Source: an uncultured bacterium (GTDB lineage Bacteria; Bacillota_I; Bacilli_A; RF39; UBA660). Taken from it: a stretch of DNA of 46,785 nt. Where the stretch lies: positions 1 through 46,785 of the forward strand of contig CASFCU010000059.1 in NCBI GenBank assembly GCA_949293285.1, written 5' to 3'. This document shows positions 7,395-16,876 of this stretch, piece after piece. Every line of letters begins with the position of its first letter. The stretch's first letter is position 1. A program made the position numbers and the translations under genes. The notes beneath the pieces were generated by a model, which saw only the letters and a program-made list of their open reading frames with translations, was not told where the DNA came from and did not search any database.

Positions 7395-7667
7395 ATGAAA
7401 AAAGCAGAACTAGTAGAAGCAGTAGCTGAAAAAACTGGTCTAACTAAAGCAGATGCAACTCGTGCTATCGATGCAGTATTTGAAACAATTTCAAAGGCTT
7501 TAGAAAATGGAGAAAAAGTACCAGTAGCTGGATTTGGAACTTTTGCAATTTCTGAGAGAAAAGCAAGAGAAGGTCGTAATCCTCAAACAGGTGAAAAAGT
7601 TAAAATAGCTGCAAGAAAAGCTGTAACATTCAAAGCTGGAACAGCTCTAAAAGAAGCAGTAAATTAA
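7395..7667 (+). CDS. hup: DNA-binding protein HU
   Basis: 90 aa: MKKAELVEAVAEKTGLTKADA...GFGTFAISERKAREGRNPQTGEKVKIAA. GGAGG RBS. The ORF-track start at 7341 is upstream of the RBS. Confidence 0.95.
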   Translation: MKKAELVEAVAEKTGLTKADATRAIDAVFETISKALENGEKVPVAGFGTFAISERKAREGRNPQTGEKVKIAARKAVTFKAGTALKEAVN

Positions 7668-7675
7668 TAAAACAT

Positions 7676-7707
7676 AAAAGAAAGGTAATAATAACTTTTC
7701 TTTTTTT
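7676..7707 (+). terminator. Rho-independent terminator after hup
   Basis: AAAAGAAAGG (7676-7685) pairs with CTTTTCTTTT (7695-7704), including one G-U pair. A T-run follows. Confidence 0.65.
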
Positions 7708-7851
7708 ATATACTAGGAATTTGCTTTGCAAAAAAATATAAAAATTAACTAATAATCATTTATATGAACGTTTGTTTGTGATAAGATTAGTTTATCAAAG
7801 AAGAGAGATGATAGGATGAAAATATGAAAAGGTTATGTCTTTAGCATGTAT

Positions 7852-8183
7852 TCAAACATTTCACAAGAAGAAATAATACGGCCAACATTTATGCCTATTA
7901 GTATAATCGAAATAGATTTAGGCATAAAAGAATTAATAGTAACAAGCCATAATGAGAAAATAGAAAATAAAATAAAAGACTAATACAAATAGATAGATTT
8001 TATCCAAATAGTCAAATAGGTAATATATGTAATTATCAAAATAAAGAGGTTAAAGATTTAAATATCAGAAATTGGGAATGTCCAGTATGTCATACAAATC
8101 ATGATTGTGATTTTAATGCAAGTGTTAATATAATGTTTGAAGGATTAGTACAATATATGAAAGGAATAGAACAAAGGATATAA
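7852..8183 (+). pseudogene. tnpB: Decayed IS200/IS605-family TnpB (OrfB) remnant: internal deletion plus frameshift
   Basis: Fragment 1 (7852-7983) encodes ...IIEIDLGIKELIVTSHNEKIENK* (RuvC-I motif). Fragment 2 (7995-8183, a different frame) encodes RFYPNSQIGNICNYQNKEVKDLNIRNWECPVCHTNHDCDFNASVNIMFEGL...* (zinc ribbon plus RuvC-III). The central ~250 aa are missing. Confidence 0.8.
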
Positions 8184-8408
8184 ACATAAATTTTGCCAAA
8201 AAAATAGGATAGCAACTATCCGACATTGGTCTATGGAGAAGTCTCAGATTCTTGAGAAGTAGAAAAAGATTACCGTGAGGTAATCTAATGATTATTTGGT
8301 AGAAATGAACAGAAGAATGCAATAATAAATATGATAAATTATGGGATTGCTTTCAATATCTTTAGTTTTTATTATATTTTTGTTATAATACTAGTGGTGA
8401 TAAAAACA

Positions 8409-9506
8409 ATGTTAGAAACATCGTTAAAAGTATTAGAAAAAATAGAAGAAAAAGGATATATTGCTTACATAGTAGGTGGTTTTGTAAGAGATTACATATT
8501 AGGAATAGAATCAGAGGACGTTGACATTGCAACCAACGCTACTCCAAAACAAATAATGGAAATTTTCGATAACAGTGTCCTTCCTAACGAAGAATACGGT
8601 GCGGTGACTTTATACGTGAAAAATTCAAGATTTGAAGTCACCACCTTCCGGAAAGAAATTAGATATATCAATAACAGAAAACCTATAGAAATAGAATATA
8701 TAAACGATTTATTAGAAGATCTGAAAAGAAGAGATTTTAAAATGAATACCTTATGTATGAATAAAAATGGAGAAATTATTGATTTATTGGATGGTAGAAC
8801 TGATATAGAACATAAAGTAATTAACACCGTTGGTAATAGTAACTTTAAGTTTCAACAAGACTCTCTTAGAATATTAAGAGCAATTCGTTTTGCAACTTAT
8901 CTAAACTTCAAGTTAAGTGAAGATGTAAAAGAAGCAATTATCAATAATAAAGAAGCCTTAAAAGGATTATCTTACAACAGAAAAAAACAAGAACTAGAAA
9001 AAATATTTGTCAGTCAAAATGCCAAATACGGAGTCGAGTTATTATTAGAATTAGGACTTGATGAACCACTAGAATTGTATAATTTAGAAAAAATAAATTT
9101 AAAAAGTGATATTATAGGGATTTGGGCTTCTTTAGAAGTTTCTTCAGGCTATCCATTTACCAGTAATGAGAAAAAAATAATTCAAAGAGTAAAAGAGGTA
9201 GTAAATTCAGCTATTACTAATATTTCATTGTATAAATATGGTCTTTACGTAAATCAAGTAGCTGCAGATATTATGGGAATAGATAAATTAACGGTAACAA
9301 AAGCATATGAAATGTTGCCAATAACCTCTAGAAAATCAATTAAAATATCAAGTGAAACAATAATGAACACATTAAAAAGGAAAGCTGGACCATACTTTAA
9401 AGATATATATAATGACCTGGAAACAAAAATATTAGAAGGTAAATTGAATAATAATGAAAAAGAAATCAAAAACTATATCTTAGAAAATTATAGTAAGGGG
9501 GATTGA
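8409..9506 (+). CDS. cca: CCA-adding tRNA nucleotidyltransferase
   Basis: GYIAYIVGGFVRDYILG..DVDIAT...EVTTFRKE...EDLKRRDFKMN. The start is set at ATG 8409 (MLETSLKVLEKIEE) after GGTGAT. The upstream extension in the ORF track is hydrophobic junk. Confidence 0.9.
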   Translation: MLETSLKVLEKIEEKGYIAYIVGGFVRDYILGIESEDVDIATNATPKQIMEIFDNSVLPNEEYGAVTLYVKNSRFEVTTFRKEIRYINNRKPIEIEYINDLLEDLKRRDFKMNTLCMNKNGEIIDLLDGRTDIEHKVINTVGNSNFKFQQDSLRILRAIRFATYLNFKLSEDVKEAIINNKEALKGLSYNRKKQELEKIFVSQNAKYGVELLLELGLDEPLELYNLEKINLKSDIIGIWASLEVSSGYPFTSNEKKIIQRVKEVVNSAITNISLYKYGLYVNQVAADIMGIDKLTVTKAYEMLPITSRKSIKISSETIMNTLKRKAGPYFKDIYNDLETKILEGKLNNNEKEIKNYILENYSKGD

Positions 9507-10174
9507 TGATGATGAAATATGGGAAAGTAGTCGAATTAGTAAAAGAAAAAAGTATAGTCATACCTATGTATATATATAGAATATTTCCCAAATTAGAAAT
9601 AAATTTAGAGACATTTATCTTTCTTATGTATTTAACTAGTAAAGGAGATATGCTATTACTAGATGTAAAAAAACTATCAGAAGAGTTTTCTTGTGATATA
9701 AAAAAAATAATGGGCTATATTTCTCTTTTACAAGAAAAGAAATTAATAGAACTGAAAGTAGTAAAAAATGATAAAAACATAATGGAAGAATACATATCTT
9801 TAGATTTTTTCTATGAAAAAGTATCGATAAATTTAATTGAGAATATTAACGAGGTAAAAGAAGATAATACCAATATATTTGAAATATTAGAACGAGAATT
9901 AGGAAAGCAATTAACCCCAATTGAATATGAAATAGTAAAAGCTTGGAAAGAAAGTAACTATACAGATGAAATAATAAAAGAAGCAATCAAAGAAGCAGTG
10001 TATAATGGGGTAGCAAATCTTAGATATATTGATAAAATCCTTTATGAATGGGCAAAGAAAAATATTAAAACCAAAGAAGACGTAGAGAAAAACAAAAAGG
10101 AATTTAGAGAAAAAGAGAAAAATAAAAAGATTGATGTTTTTGATTATGATTGGATGGAAGATGAAGATGCTTAA
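9506..10174 (+). CDS. dnaD: DnaD-domain replication initiation/membrane attachment protein
   Basis: C-terminal DnaD/DnaB_2 repeat: LTPIEYEIVKAWKE..IIKEAIKEAV..LRYIDKILYEWAKKNIKT. The dnaD-nth order matches B. subtilis. The start is ambiguous among ATGs at 9506, 9509 and 9512. Confidence 0.75.
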   Translation: MMMKYGKVVELVKEKSIVIPMYIYRIFPKLEINLETFIFLMYLTSKGDMLLLDVKKLSEEFSCDIKKIMGYISLLQEKKLIELKVVKNDKNIMEEYISLDFFYEKVSINLIENINEVKEDNTNIFEILERELGKQLTPIEYEIVKAWKESNYTDEIIKEAIKEAVYNGVANLRYIDKILYEWAKKNIKTKEDVEKNKKEFREKEKNKKIDVFDYDWMEDEDA

Positions 10175-10781
10175 GGAAATAGAATTTTATTTAGATGAAC
10201 TGTATCCCAATCCTAAATGTGAATTAAACTATACAAAGGATTATGAACTGCTAATTGCAGTAATGTTGAGTGCTCAAACTACGGATAAAAGAGTAAATAG
10301 TGTTACAGATATTTTATTTAAAAAATATGATAGCCTAGAAAAGCTAGCCAATGCTGATACAGAGGATATTAAACAGATTATTAAACCGATAGGAACTTTT
10401 AATAAAAAAAGTATTTTTGTAGGAGAAATAGCAAACTATTTGATTCAAAATTGTAATGGTACAGTTCCTAATGATAGGAAGAAATTAGAAGAAATTCCTG
10501 GTGTCGGTAGAAAAACTGCCAATGTTGTTCTGAGTAATCTATTTAATTATCCCGCAATTGCTGTTGATACACACGTATCTAGAGTAAGCAAAAGATTGGG
10601 ATTAGCAAAGGAAAATGATGATGTACTCACAATTGAGAAGAAATTAATGAAAAAATTTAAAAAAGAAACTTGGGCAAGAAGGCATCATCAACTCGTCTTA
10701 TTTGGACGATATCACTGTAAAGCTATAAAACCAGAATGTAATTTTTGTAAATTGAATACGATTTGTAAATACCAGAAATAG
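10161..10781 (+). CDS. nth: Endonuclease III (DNA glycosylase/AP lyase)
   Basis: ELLIAVMLSAQTTDKRVN, a HhH-GPD motif (IPGVGRKTANVV, VDTHV) and a C-terminal 4Fe-4S cluster, CKAIKPECNFCKLNTIC. Confidence 0.95.
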   Translation: MKMLKEIEFYLDELYPNPKCELNYTKDYELLIAVMLSAQTTDKRVNSVTDILFKKYDSLEKLANADTEDIKQIIKPIGTFNKKSIFVGEIANYLIQNCNGTVPNDRKKLEEIPGVGRKTANVVLSNLFNYPAIAVDTHVSRVSKRLGLAKENDDVLTIEKKLMKKFKKETWARRHHQLVLFGRYHCKAIKPECNFCKLNTICKYQK

Positions 10782-10844
10782 GAGTATCTAAAAGATGTTT
10801 ACAAATGTTAATTTATTTTCCCATACAAGATACTTTACGATAAC

Positions 10845-10885
10845 AAAGTACTAGTACAATTAATAAACTTGTACTAGTACTTTTT
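10845..10885 (+). terminator. Rho-independent terminator after nth
   Basis: AAAGTACTAGTACAA (10845-10859) pairs with TTGTACTAGTACTTT (10869-10883), a 15-bp stem. TT follows. Confidence 0.7.
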
Positions 10886-11007
10886 GTCCATTGAATAATA
10901 ATTTAAAGATATGGACAATGAAATGAATAAGCAAATCAAAAAACAGTACCATGTATAAAAGAAAATATAAATAAAAAAGATAATTCATATAATTTATTGG
11001 TGAGACA

Positions 11008-11751
11008 ATGGATAATCTAGTTTTAAGTTTTTTTATAACAGGGATTGCTGGTTTTTCCACATTACTGGGGATATTTGCAATTTTATTTGGAAAAAAAGGA
11101 AGAGAAAAATTAATATCTTATAGTTTAGTATTTTCTGCTGGAATTATGATCTTCATTTCTTTATTTGATTTAATACCGACATCTCTAAATTATCTTATGA
11201 ATTTTTATAATATCATTCCAGCTCTTATAATTATTTTTATCTTTATATTTTTTGGTGTAATATTTACTCATTTTATAAATCATTTTCTAGATAGTGATAA
11301 CAATAACCTTTACAAAGTAGGAATCATATCCATGATTGCATTAATTGTTCATAATATTCCAGAAGGTATAATCACTTTTTTAACTACAACGAAAGATTTA
11401 CATCTTGGGATATCTTTAGCCATATCAATAGCACTTCACAATATCCCGGAAGGAATTAGTATATTTATTCCTATATATTATGGAAGCAAAAATAAAAAAA
11501 AGGCATTTTTTTATACTTTTATAGCTGGCTTTTCGGAAGTATTAGGCGCCTTTATTGCATGGCTTTTCTTGTCTCGGTTTGTAAATGATTACTTTTTTTC
11601 TTTTATGTTTGCAACTACTGCTGGAATCATGTTATATATTGCTATCTATGAACTCCTACCAGAAGGACTAAAGTTTAAAAATAAAAGAATGTTATTCTTT
11701 TGGTTTATGGTAGGAATGCTAGTAATGTTAGTCAGTGAATTCATTTTATAG
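11008..11751 (+). CDS. zupT: ZIP-family zinc transporter ZupT
   Basis: Polytopic protein with duplicated HNIPEG motifs (VHNIPEGIITF, LHNIPEGISIF). Confidence 0.9.
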   Translation: MDNLVLSFFITGIAGFSTLLGIFAILFGKKGREKLISYSLVFSAGIMIFISLFDLIPTSLNYLMNFYNIIPALIIIFIFIFFGVIFTHFINHFLDSDNNNLYKVGIISMIALIVHNIPEGIITFLTTTKDLHLGISLAISIALHNIPEGISIFIPIYYGSKNKKKAFFYTFIAGFSEVLGAFIAWLFLSRFVNDYFFSFMFATTAGIMLYIAIYELLPEGLKFKNKRMLFFWFMVGMLVMLVSEFIL

Positions 11752-11755
11752 CAAA

Positions 11756-11790
11756 AGACCTATAAGTTGAAACTTATAGGTCTCTTTTTT
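11756..11790. terminator. Bidirectional terminator between convergent zupT and ponA
   Basis: AGACCTATAAGTT (11756-11768) pairs with AACTTATAGGTCT (11771-11783). It is flanked by an A-run and a T-run. Confidence 0.75.
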
Positions 11791-14605
11791 AAGCTTCTAT
11801 TTTAATGGTACGTGTTATCGTAGTAGTGAATGATTCATAATTGATTAAATAAGTAATGACGAAATGATCTTCTTCCATTGTTGAAATATTAGCTATAGTT
11901 TCATTTTCCATATTTTTTATGGATATAGATACGACAGGAACTATTACTTCTCCATCTTTGGTAACTTTTACATCTCCAACACCAGGATTAGCATCATAAT
12001 CATCCAATACGGCACCTACTTGATAAATTTTCTCTGAAGGAACTAATAATGTAGCCTCATATTTACTAGGATCCTCATATTCCAATTTATAAGTAACACC
12101 ACTACTATCATTTGTTTGATTATCTTTGTAACCGGTTACCACTTTATAAGTACCATTAGGGGAAGTAACATTTGATATTTTATAAAATGATTCTGTAGTA
12201 AATCCAATATATTTATCATCTTTATATATTTTGTAACCTAACTCACCATAGTCTGTAAGAATATCACTAGGAGTCTCGATTTTATTCCAAGAAATATTAA
12301 TAGATAAATCGGAAGGCTCATAAGTCACATTAAGGCCTGTTGGATTATTTAATTTTTGATATGCGGTAGATACCTCTGTTGGTTCCGTTCCCTTTTTAAA
12401 ATATTCTTTTACTTTCTTATCTTCTGGTGTATATGGACTTGCAAGTTTTGGTTCTGCATTAGGATCCGTTCCCAATTCCACTTCAACTTGTATTACACTA
12501 TCTGGAACCTTAAAATCGGAACCATCTTTAACAAATATCTTTGATCCAATAGCAGACCATAATCCCTTTCTTTGAGTATAAGCAGTAATAGAAGTGGTCC
12601 AATATTCACTACTTATTGGTTCATATCCATACCAAAGCCCCATTACAATATGAGGATCATACCCTACAACCCAAGCATCATTGATGGCCGAATTAGGTAA
12701 TCCATAAGTATACAATGTAGATGCGGTATAGTTCGTAGTTCCAGTTTTAGCAGCTATGTTTACACCACTTATTTTGGCAGCACCACTAAGTCCACTATTA
12801 ACAGCAGTCTTTAAAACATCCGTAATCATAAATGCAGTAGAATCACTCATGACTTGTTTTTTCTCAGACTCATAAGTAATTACTTCTCCACTATCTCTAA
12901 ATACTATTTTATTAATTGTATAAGGTTCATAGTAATATCCCCCGTTAGCAAAAGCAGCATAAGCAGCAGCCATTTCCAGTGGATTAGAACCATTAAAAGA
13001 ACCTATAGAATAAGCTTCATGTAAATATTGTGTATTAACAGACTCTTCTTCTAACGTGATACCAAGAGAAGTAGCAAAATCATATATTTTTTTGTTGTCT
13101 ACAGCTTGAAAAGCCTTTAAGGCCGGAATATTTCTAGACTCTGAAAGCGCAGTTCTCAGAGTAATTACCCCCATGTAAGTTCTATCTGAATTTCTAATTT
13201 CTTGACCACTAGTATAATAATACTTAGAATCATCAAACAATGTATAAGTAGACCAATTGTTAAATTCCATACCTGGTGCATAATCAAATATTGGTTTTGC
13301 CGTAGAACCTATTTGCCTTTTTGAACTAGTTGCATAATTATAGGTTCTATTACCCGTTTGATTTCTTCCAGCTCCAATAGCTAGTATTTTACCAGAGTAG
13401 GCATCTACGACAGCAACGCCCGCTTGAACCACTGGATTTTCCCAATTATAAGTTTTTCCACTAAATACATCATCTATTACCGTTTGATAATCTGAATTCA
13501 TATTTGTATATACAAGAAGTGATGAAGTATGAGGATTAACACCATACTTATCAATTGCTTCTTCAACAACAGTATTTAAATAAGAATAAAATTGTTGTTC
13601 TGTCTCCGTGCTAGCTAACAAACTAGAAACAGGAATAGAATTAGCAATATCTCTTTCTTCTTTAGTAATATATCCATGATTATACATAAGATTTAAAACA
13701 ACAGAACGTCTTGCAGCAGCCTCTTCTGGATACTTAAAAGGATTATAAGCAGTAGGGGCTTGAAACATTCCTACTAACAAAGAAGCCTCAGCAAGATTAA
13801 GTTCACTAGCATGTTTTCCAAAATAAGTTTGACTTGCCTGTTCAACACCATAAGCATTATTTCCTAAAAAATGGTTGTTAACATAAAATTCGATAATTTC
13901 TTGTTTAGAATAAACTTTTTCAATTTTAAACACTGCCAAATAGATATCAGTAAACTTACGAACAATTCCTTCAAATCCTCGCGTAACCGTTGCTTTATCT
14001 TTATTATAACTATTTTTTGCTACTTGCATTGTCAAAGTAGATGCACCACCAGCTTTACTATTTCCTAATGCCTGTTTAAAAGAAGCAATAAGAAATCTTG
14101 GCGCATCGAAACCATTGTGTTGGAAAAACCTAGAATCTTCCGTTGCAATCAAAGCATCAATCAAAACTTCACTCATTTGATCATACTTAATGATTTCACG
14201 CTTTTCAGTACCTAACTCGGCAATTTCCACATTATTGCTATCATACACTATCGTAGTTTGCGTCATAGTCAAAGCATCCTCATTAAACTCAGGAGCATGC
14301 TCAACAACATAATTTAAAAACCAAGCAATCACTCCGACTCCAGAAATTGCACACAAAAGTACAAAGATAGCAATAGAATTAACAGCTATTCTTACCCACT
14401 TTTTCTTTCTCTTTTTTCCAAACCAATTAGAAATCCATAAGATAAATAAAATTCCTAGAATTAAAGCCAAAGTAAAGAACCAATTCATAAATAATAACCC
14501 CAATATCAAAATGATAACTAAAAATATAATAAGTTCTTTAACATTCTTTTTTATATGTATCTTACTACCATTATTACTTTTCTTCTTTTTCTTTGCCATC
14601 TTCAC
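11789..14605 (-). CDS. ponA: Class A penicillin-binding protein 1A (transglycosylase/transpeptidase) with C-terminal Fn3-like extension
   Basis: GT51 motifs (EDSRFFQHNGFD, GASTLTMQ). Transpeptidase motifs STAKP (SxxK), SRN and KTGT. The recU-ponA operon order is conserved. Confidence 0.95.
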   Translation of the reverse strand: MKMAKKKKKSNNGSKIHIKKNVKELIIFLVIILILGLLFMNWFFTLALILGILFILWISNWFGKKRKKKWVRIAVNSIAIFVLLCAISGVGVIAWFLNYVVEHAPEFNEDALTMTQTTIVYDSNNVEIAELGTEKREIIKYDQMSEVLIDALIATEDSRFFQHNGFDAPRFLIASFKQALGNSKAGGASTLTMQVAKNSYNKDKATVTRGFEGIVRKFTDIYLAVFKIEKVYSKQEIIEFYVNNHFLGNNAYGVEQASQTYFGKHASELNLAEASLLVGMFQAPTAYNPFKYPEEAAARRSVVLNLMYNHGYITKEERDIANSIPVSSLLASTETEQQFYSYLNTVVEEAIDKYGVNPHTSSLLVYTNMNSDYQTVIDDVFSGKTYNWENPVVQAGVAVVDAYSGKILAIGAGRNQTGNRTYNYATSSKRQIGSTAKPIFDYAPGMEFNNWSTYTLFDDSKYYYTSGQEIRNSDRTYMGVITLRTALSESRNIPALKAFQAVDNKKIYDFATSLGITLEEESVNTQYLHEAYSIGSFNGSNPLEMAAAYAAFANGGYYYEPYTINKIVFRDSGEVITYESEKKQVMSDSTAFMITDVLKTAVNSGLSGAAKISGVNIAAKTGTTNYTASTLYTYGLPNSAINDAWVVGYDPHIVMGLWYGYEPISSEYWTTSITAYTQRKGLWSAIGSKIFVKDGSDFKVPDSVIQVEVELGTDPNAEPKLASPYTPEDKKVKEYFKKGTEPTEVSTAYQKLNNPTGLNVTYEPSDLSINISWNKIETPSDILTDYGELGYKIYKDDKYIGFTTESFYKISNVTSPNGTYKVVTGYKDNQTNDSSGVTYKLEYEDPSKYEATLLVPSEKIYQVGAVLDDYDANPGVGDVKVTKDGEVIVPVVSISIKNMENETIANISTMEEDHFVITYLINYESFTTTITRTIKIEA

Positions 14606-15173
14606 TACCTCCTAAAATATCATCGATTACTTTTAGATAATCAATTCTTGGCATATAACTATCTAAAATTAGAAATCCTTTCTTTTCAAAATAATCAACA
14701 GGAATAGACTTACGCTTGTTTTTCACCAAAAAATCAATTAAATCCTCCCCCAATAACAGATAATTTTTATTCATTTTATTAAACCTAACTATTAAAAAAC
14801 CAATACCACCATTGTCTACAATATTTTTTATATGCAAAATTTGATGTTTATGAATATTACTCAACGGGAACGATGTTTTACTATTAGTCTCTTTGGCTTC
14901 AAAGTCTATATATTTACCATCATATAATCCATTATAATCTGTAGTAGATGGTTCTTTAAAATATCCCTCTTTTATAACCATACTATTATTTCTATAATCT
15001 ATTTTAGTAACTTGAATAGGAGTGGGCTTTTTGTATATATAAGCTTTTTTTTTCTCTATATAATACTGATTAGTAATATTGATATCATTCTCTAAACCCA
15101 TTCCTCTATTATCATACTTAATATTTGAACTATTTATATTCTTTTCTGTTTTTATACCTTTAGGGTAGTTCAT
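14574..15173 (-). CDS. recU: Holliday junction resolvase RecU
   Basis: GMGLENDINITNQYY...KKPTPIQV...TTDYNGLYDGKYIDFEAKET...FPLSNIHKHQ. The 3' end overlaps the ponA start. Confidence 0.95.
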   Translation of the reverse strand: MNYPKGIKTEKNINSSNIKYDNRGMGLENDINITNQYYIEKKKAYIYKKPTPIQVTKIDYRNNSMVIKEGYFKEPSTTDYNGLYDGKYIDFEAKETNSKTSFPLSNIHKHQILHIKNIVDNGGIGFLIVRFNKMNKNYLLLGEDLIDFLVKNKRKSIPVDYFEKKGFLILDSYMPRIDYLKVIDDILGGSEDGKEKEEK

Positions 15174-15513
15174 TTCATCACCTTACTAACAAAATATTTA
15201 TATACCCCTATCAAATTATACTATATATTGATAAATTTTTCCACTCTTTTATTCTCTTGTGACAATCAATTCATTAACTTTGTTTACTACTTTACAAATT
15301 CATCTACTTCTTTCTTTCCCTTGAGTTTGAACTTATCATCAAAACAATAAAAAGAAATAGATCCTTAAAAATCATTCTATTTACTGAATTAATCCACCCA
15401 TTAAATATACAAAAATCAACATAAATTATTAGCAAAAAAGAACTAGTTTTGTCGAAATTCTGGACTTTTTAAATATATATGTTATATTTTAAGAGTAGTT
15501 AATAGGAGAAATT

Positions 15514-15615
15514 ATGAGAAAAGAAGAATTAGTATTAGTATTAAACAGAATGGAAGAAAACACAAAATATTCCAAACTACTACATCGGTGGATCCATATA
15601 AAAAATAGATTTTAA
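15514..15615 (+). CDS. Candidate 33-aa small protein (MRKEELVLVLNRMEENTKYSKLLHRWIHIKNRF)
   Basis: TAGGAG RBS 6 nt upstream of the ATG. It lies 45 nt upstream of the DHHW/MBOAT pair. No homology recognised. Confidence 0.3.
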   Translation: MRKEELVLVLNRMEENTKYSKLLHRWIHIKNRF

Positions 15616-15660
15616 TAATATCAAATAAATGATATAATGGTCTAGAAAGTAGGATGAAGT

Positions 15661-16875
15661 ATGAAAAAAAATGACAAATTTATATTATTAGCATTTCTAT
15701 TAATTATATTTAGTGTATTTATTTGTTATCCTGCAAAAACTGTCGGAGAAATTCTAAAAATTTTTGAACATGATAACGAAGGAACCTGGAAAACTTATGA
15801 TGAAAATGCAACTATAGTAGAAAAAATAAAAATAAATATTGAAAATAGAACAACAAACTATTTTCCATTTTATTCAAATATTACAACTTTTTATAAAAAT
15901 ATAAACGAAAAAATAAATGAAAAAGTATACAGCATTTTTAATGATGAATATATACCAGCAGGAACAAATAGTGATAAAGAGTATCTATTAAAAGATACAA
16001 AAAATAATGCATATTATGCTTTTTCTGATTTATCTAATGAAACATTAGAAGAAAAAGTAAATACTCAAATAAAATTCTTTAATGAAATGTACGAATCTAA
16101 CCCCAATGTTAACTTTTACATTTATTTACCTAGTAGATTAGAATATCAAGAAAAAATAAACGAAATTTCCCCTTATAGAGATGCAAGCATTTATGTAGAA
16201 AAGTTTAAGAATGGTTTAAATAAGTCTATAAGAGTGGAAGAGTTAAAACTAAACAGTATAGAAGAATACAACGACTATTTTTATAAAAGTGATCATCATT
16301 GGAATATGAAAGGTGCCTATGTTGGGTACAAAGAAATTATGAAAATGATGGGAAATACTGATATACAAGAAGTAACCATAAAAGAAGAACCTATAAAATT
16401 TAGAGGAAGTTTTTCAAGGACTAATAGAAATTATTCATTATATGATTATTTTTACACAATAGAAAATTATAATAATGATTACAAAGTGTTAGTAAATAAC
16501 AAAGAAGCTCCAAGTAATTTTAAACCATTACAACTAGAAAATTTAAATAAAAAGAATTCTAGTTTTTATGACTGGTATGTCGGCTATTTCTATGGACTTT
16601 ATGGAAATGTGGTTTATGATTTCAACAATGAGAATAAGAAAAATCTACTAATCATCTCCGATTCTTATGCTTGGCAAATAGATTTCCTATTAGCCTCTAG
16701 TTACAATAAAACACATGTAATAAATATTATGTATGATGATTATTTAAAAAATCCATTAAATTATACTAAATACATTGAAGAAAATAAAATAGATGATGTA
16801 TTAATACTACAAGAAGTACCAACCACAGTATTTGATGCATTTAATCACAATTTTTATGAAAAGGTAGTGTGGTAA
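15661..16875 (+). CDS. DHHW-motif (AlgX/AlgJ/DltD-like SGNH-type) extracytoplasmic acyl-transfer protein
   Basis: N-terminal TM anchor and a literal YKSDHHWNMKG motif. It is translationally coupled to the MBOAT gene (stop 16875, start 16877). Confidence 0.75.
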   Translation: MKKNDKFILLAFLLIIFSVFICYPAKTVGEILKIFEHDNEGTWKTYDENATIVEKIKINIENRTTNYFPFYSNITTFYKNINEKINEKVYSIFNDEYIPAGTNSDKEYLLKDTKNNAYYAFSDLSNETLEEKVNTQIKFFNEMYESNPNVNFYIYLPSRLEYQEKINEISPYRDASIYVEKFKNGLNKSIRVEELKLNSIEEYNDYFYKSDHHWNMKGAYVGYKEIMKMMGNTDIQEVTIKEEPIKFRGSFSRTNRNYSLYDYFYTIENYNNDYKVLVNNKEAPSNFKPLQLENLNKKNSSFYDWYVGYFYGLYGNVVYDFNNENKKNLLIISDSYAWQIDFLLASSYNKTHVINIMYDDYLKNPLNYTKYIEENKIDDVLILQEVPTTVFDAFNHNFYEKVVW

Positions 16876-16876
16876 T

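Noticed and set aside
8125-8322. 65-aa minus-strand ORF downstream of the TnpB relic
   Set aside because: It overlaps the TnpB 3' end and the right-end region. It has no RBS, and its composition is consistent with a chance ORF.
10845-10885. 15-bp perfect palindrome upstream of zupT as a Zur operator
   Set aside because: The sequence (AAAGTACTAGTACAA...) does not resemble the Firmicute Zur box (TCGTAAT-N-ATTACGA type). It sits 120 nt from the zupT start, directly after nth, with a T-run, so it fits a terminator better.
10860-11060. 66-aa minus-strand ORF overlapping the zupT start
   Set aside because: It is hydrophobic, low-complexity and lacks an RBS. It overlaps the nth terminator and the zupT promoter/5' end.
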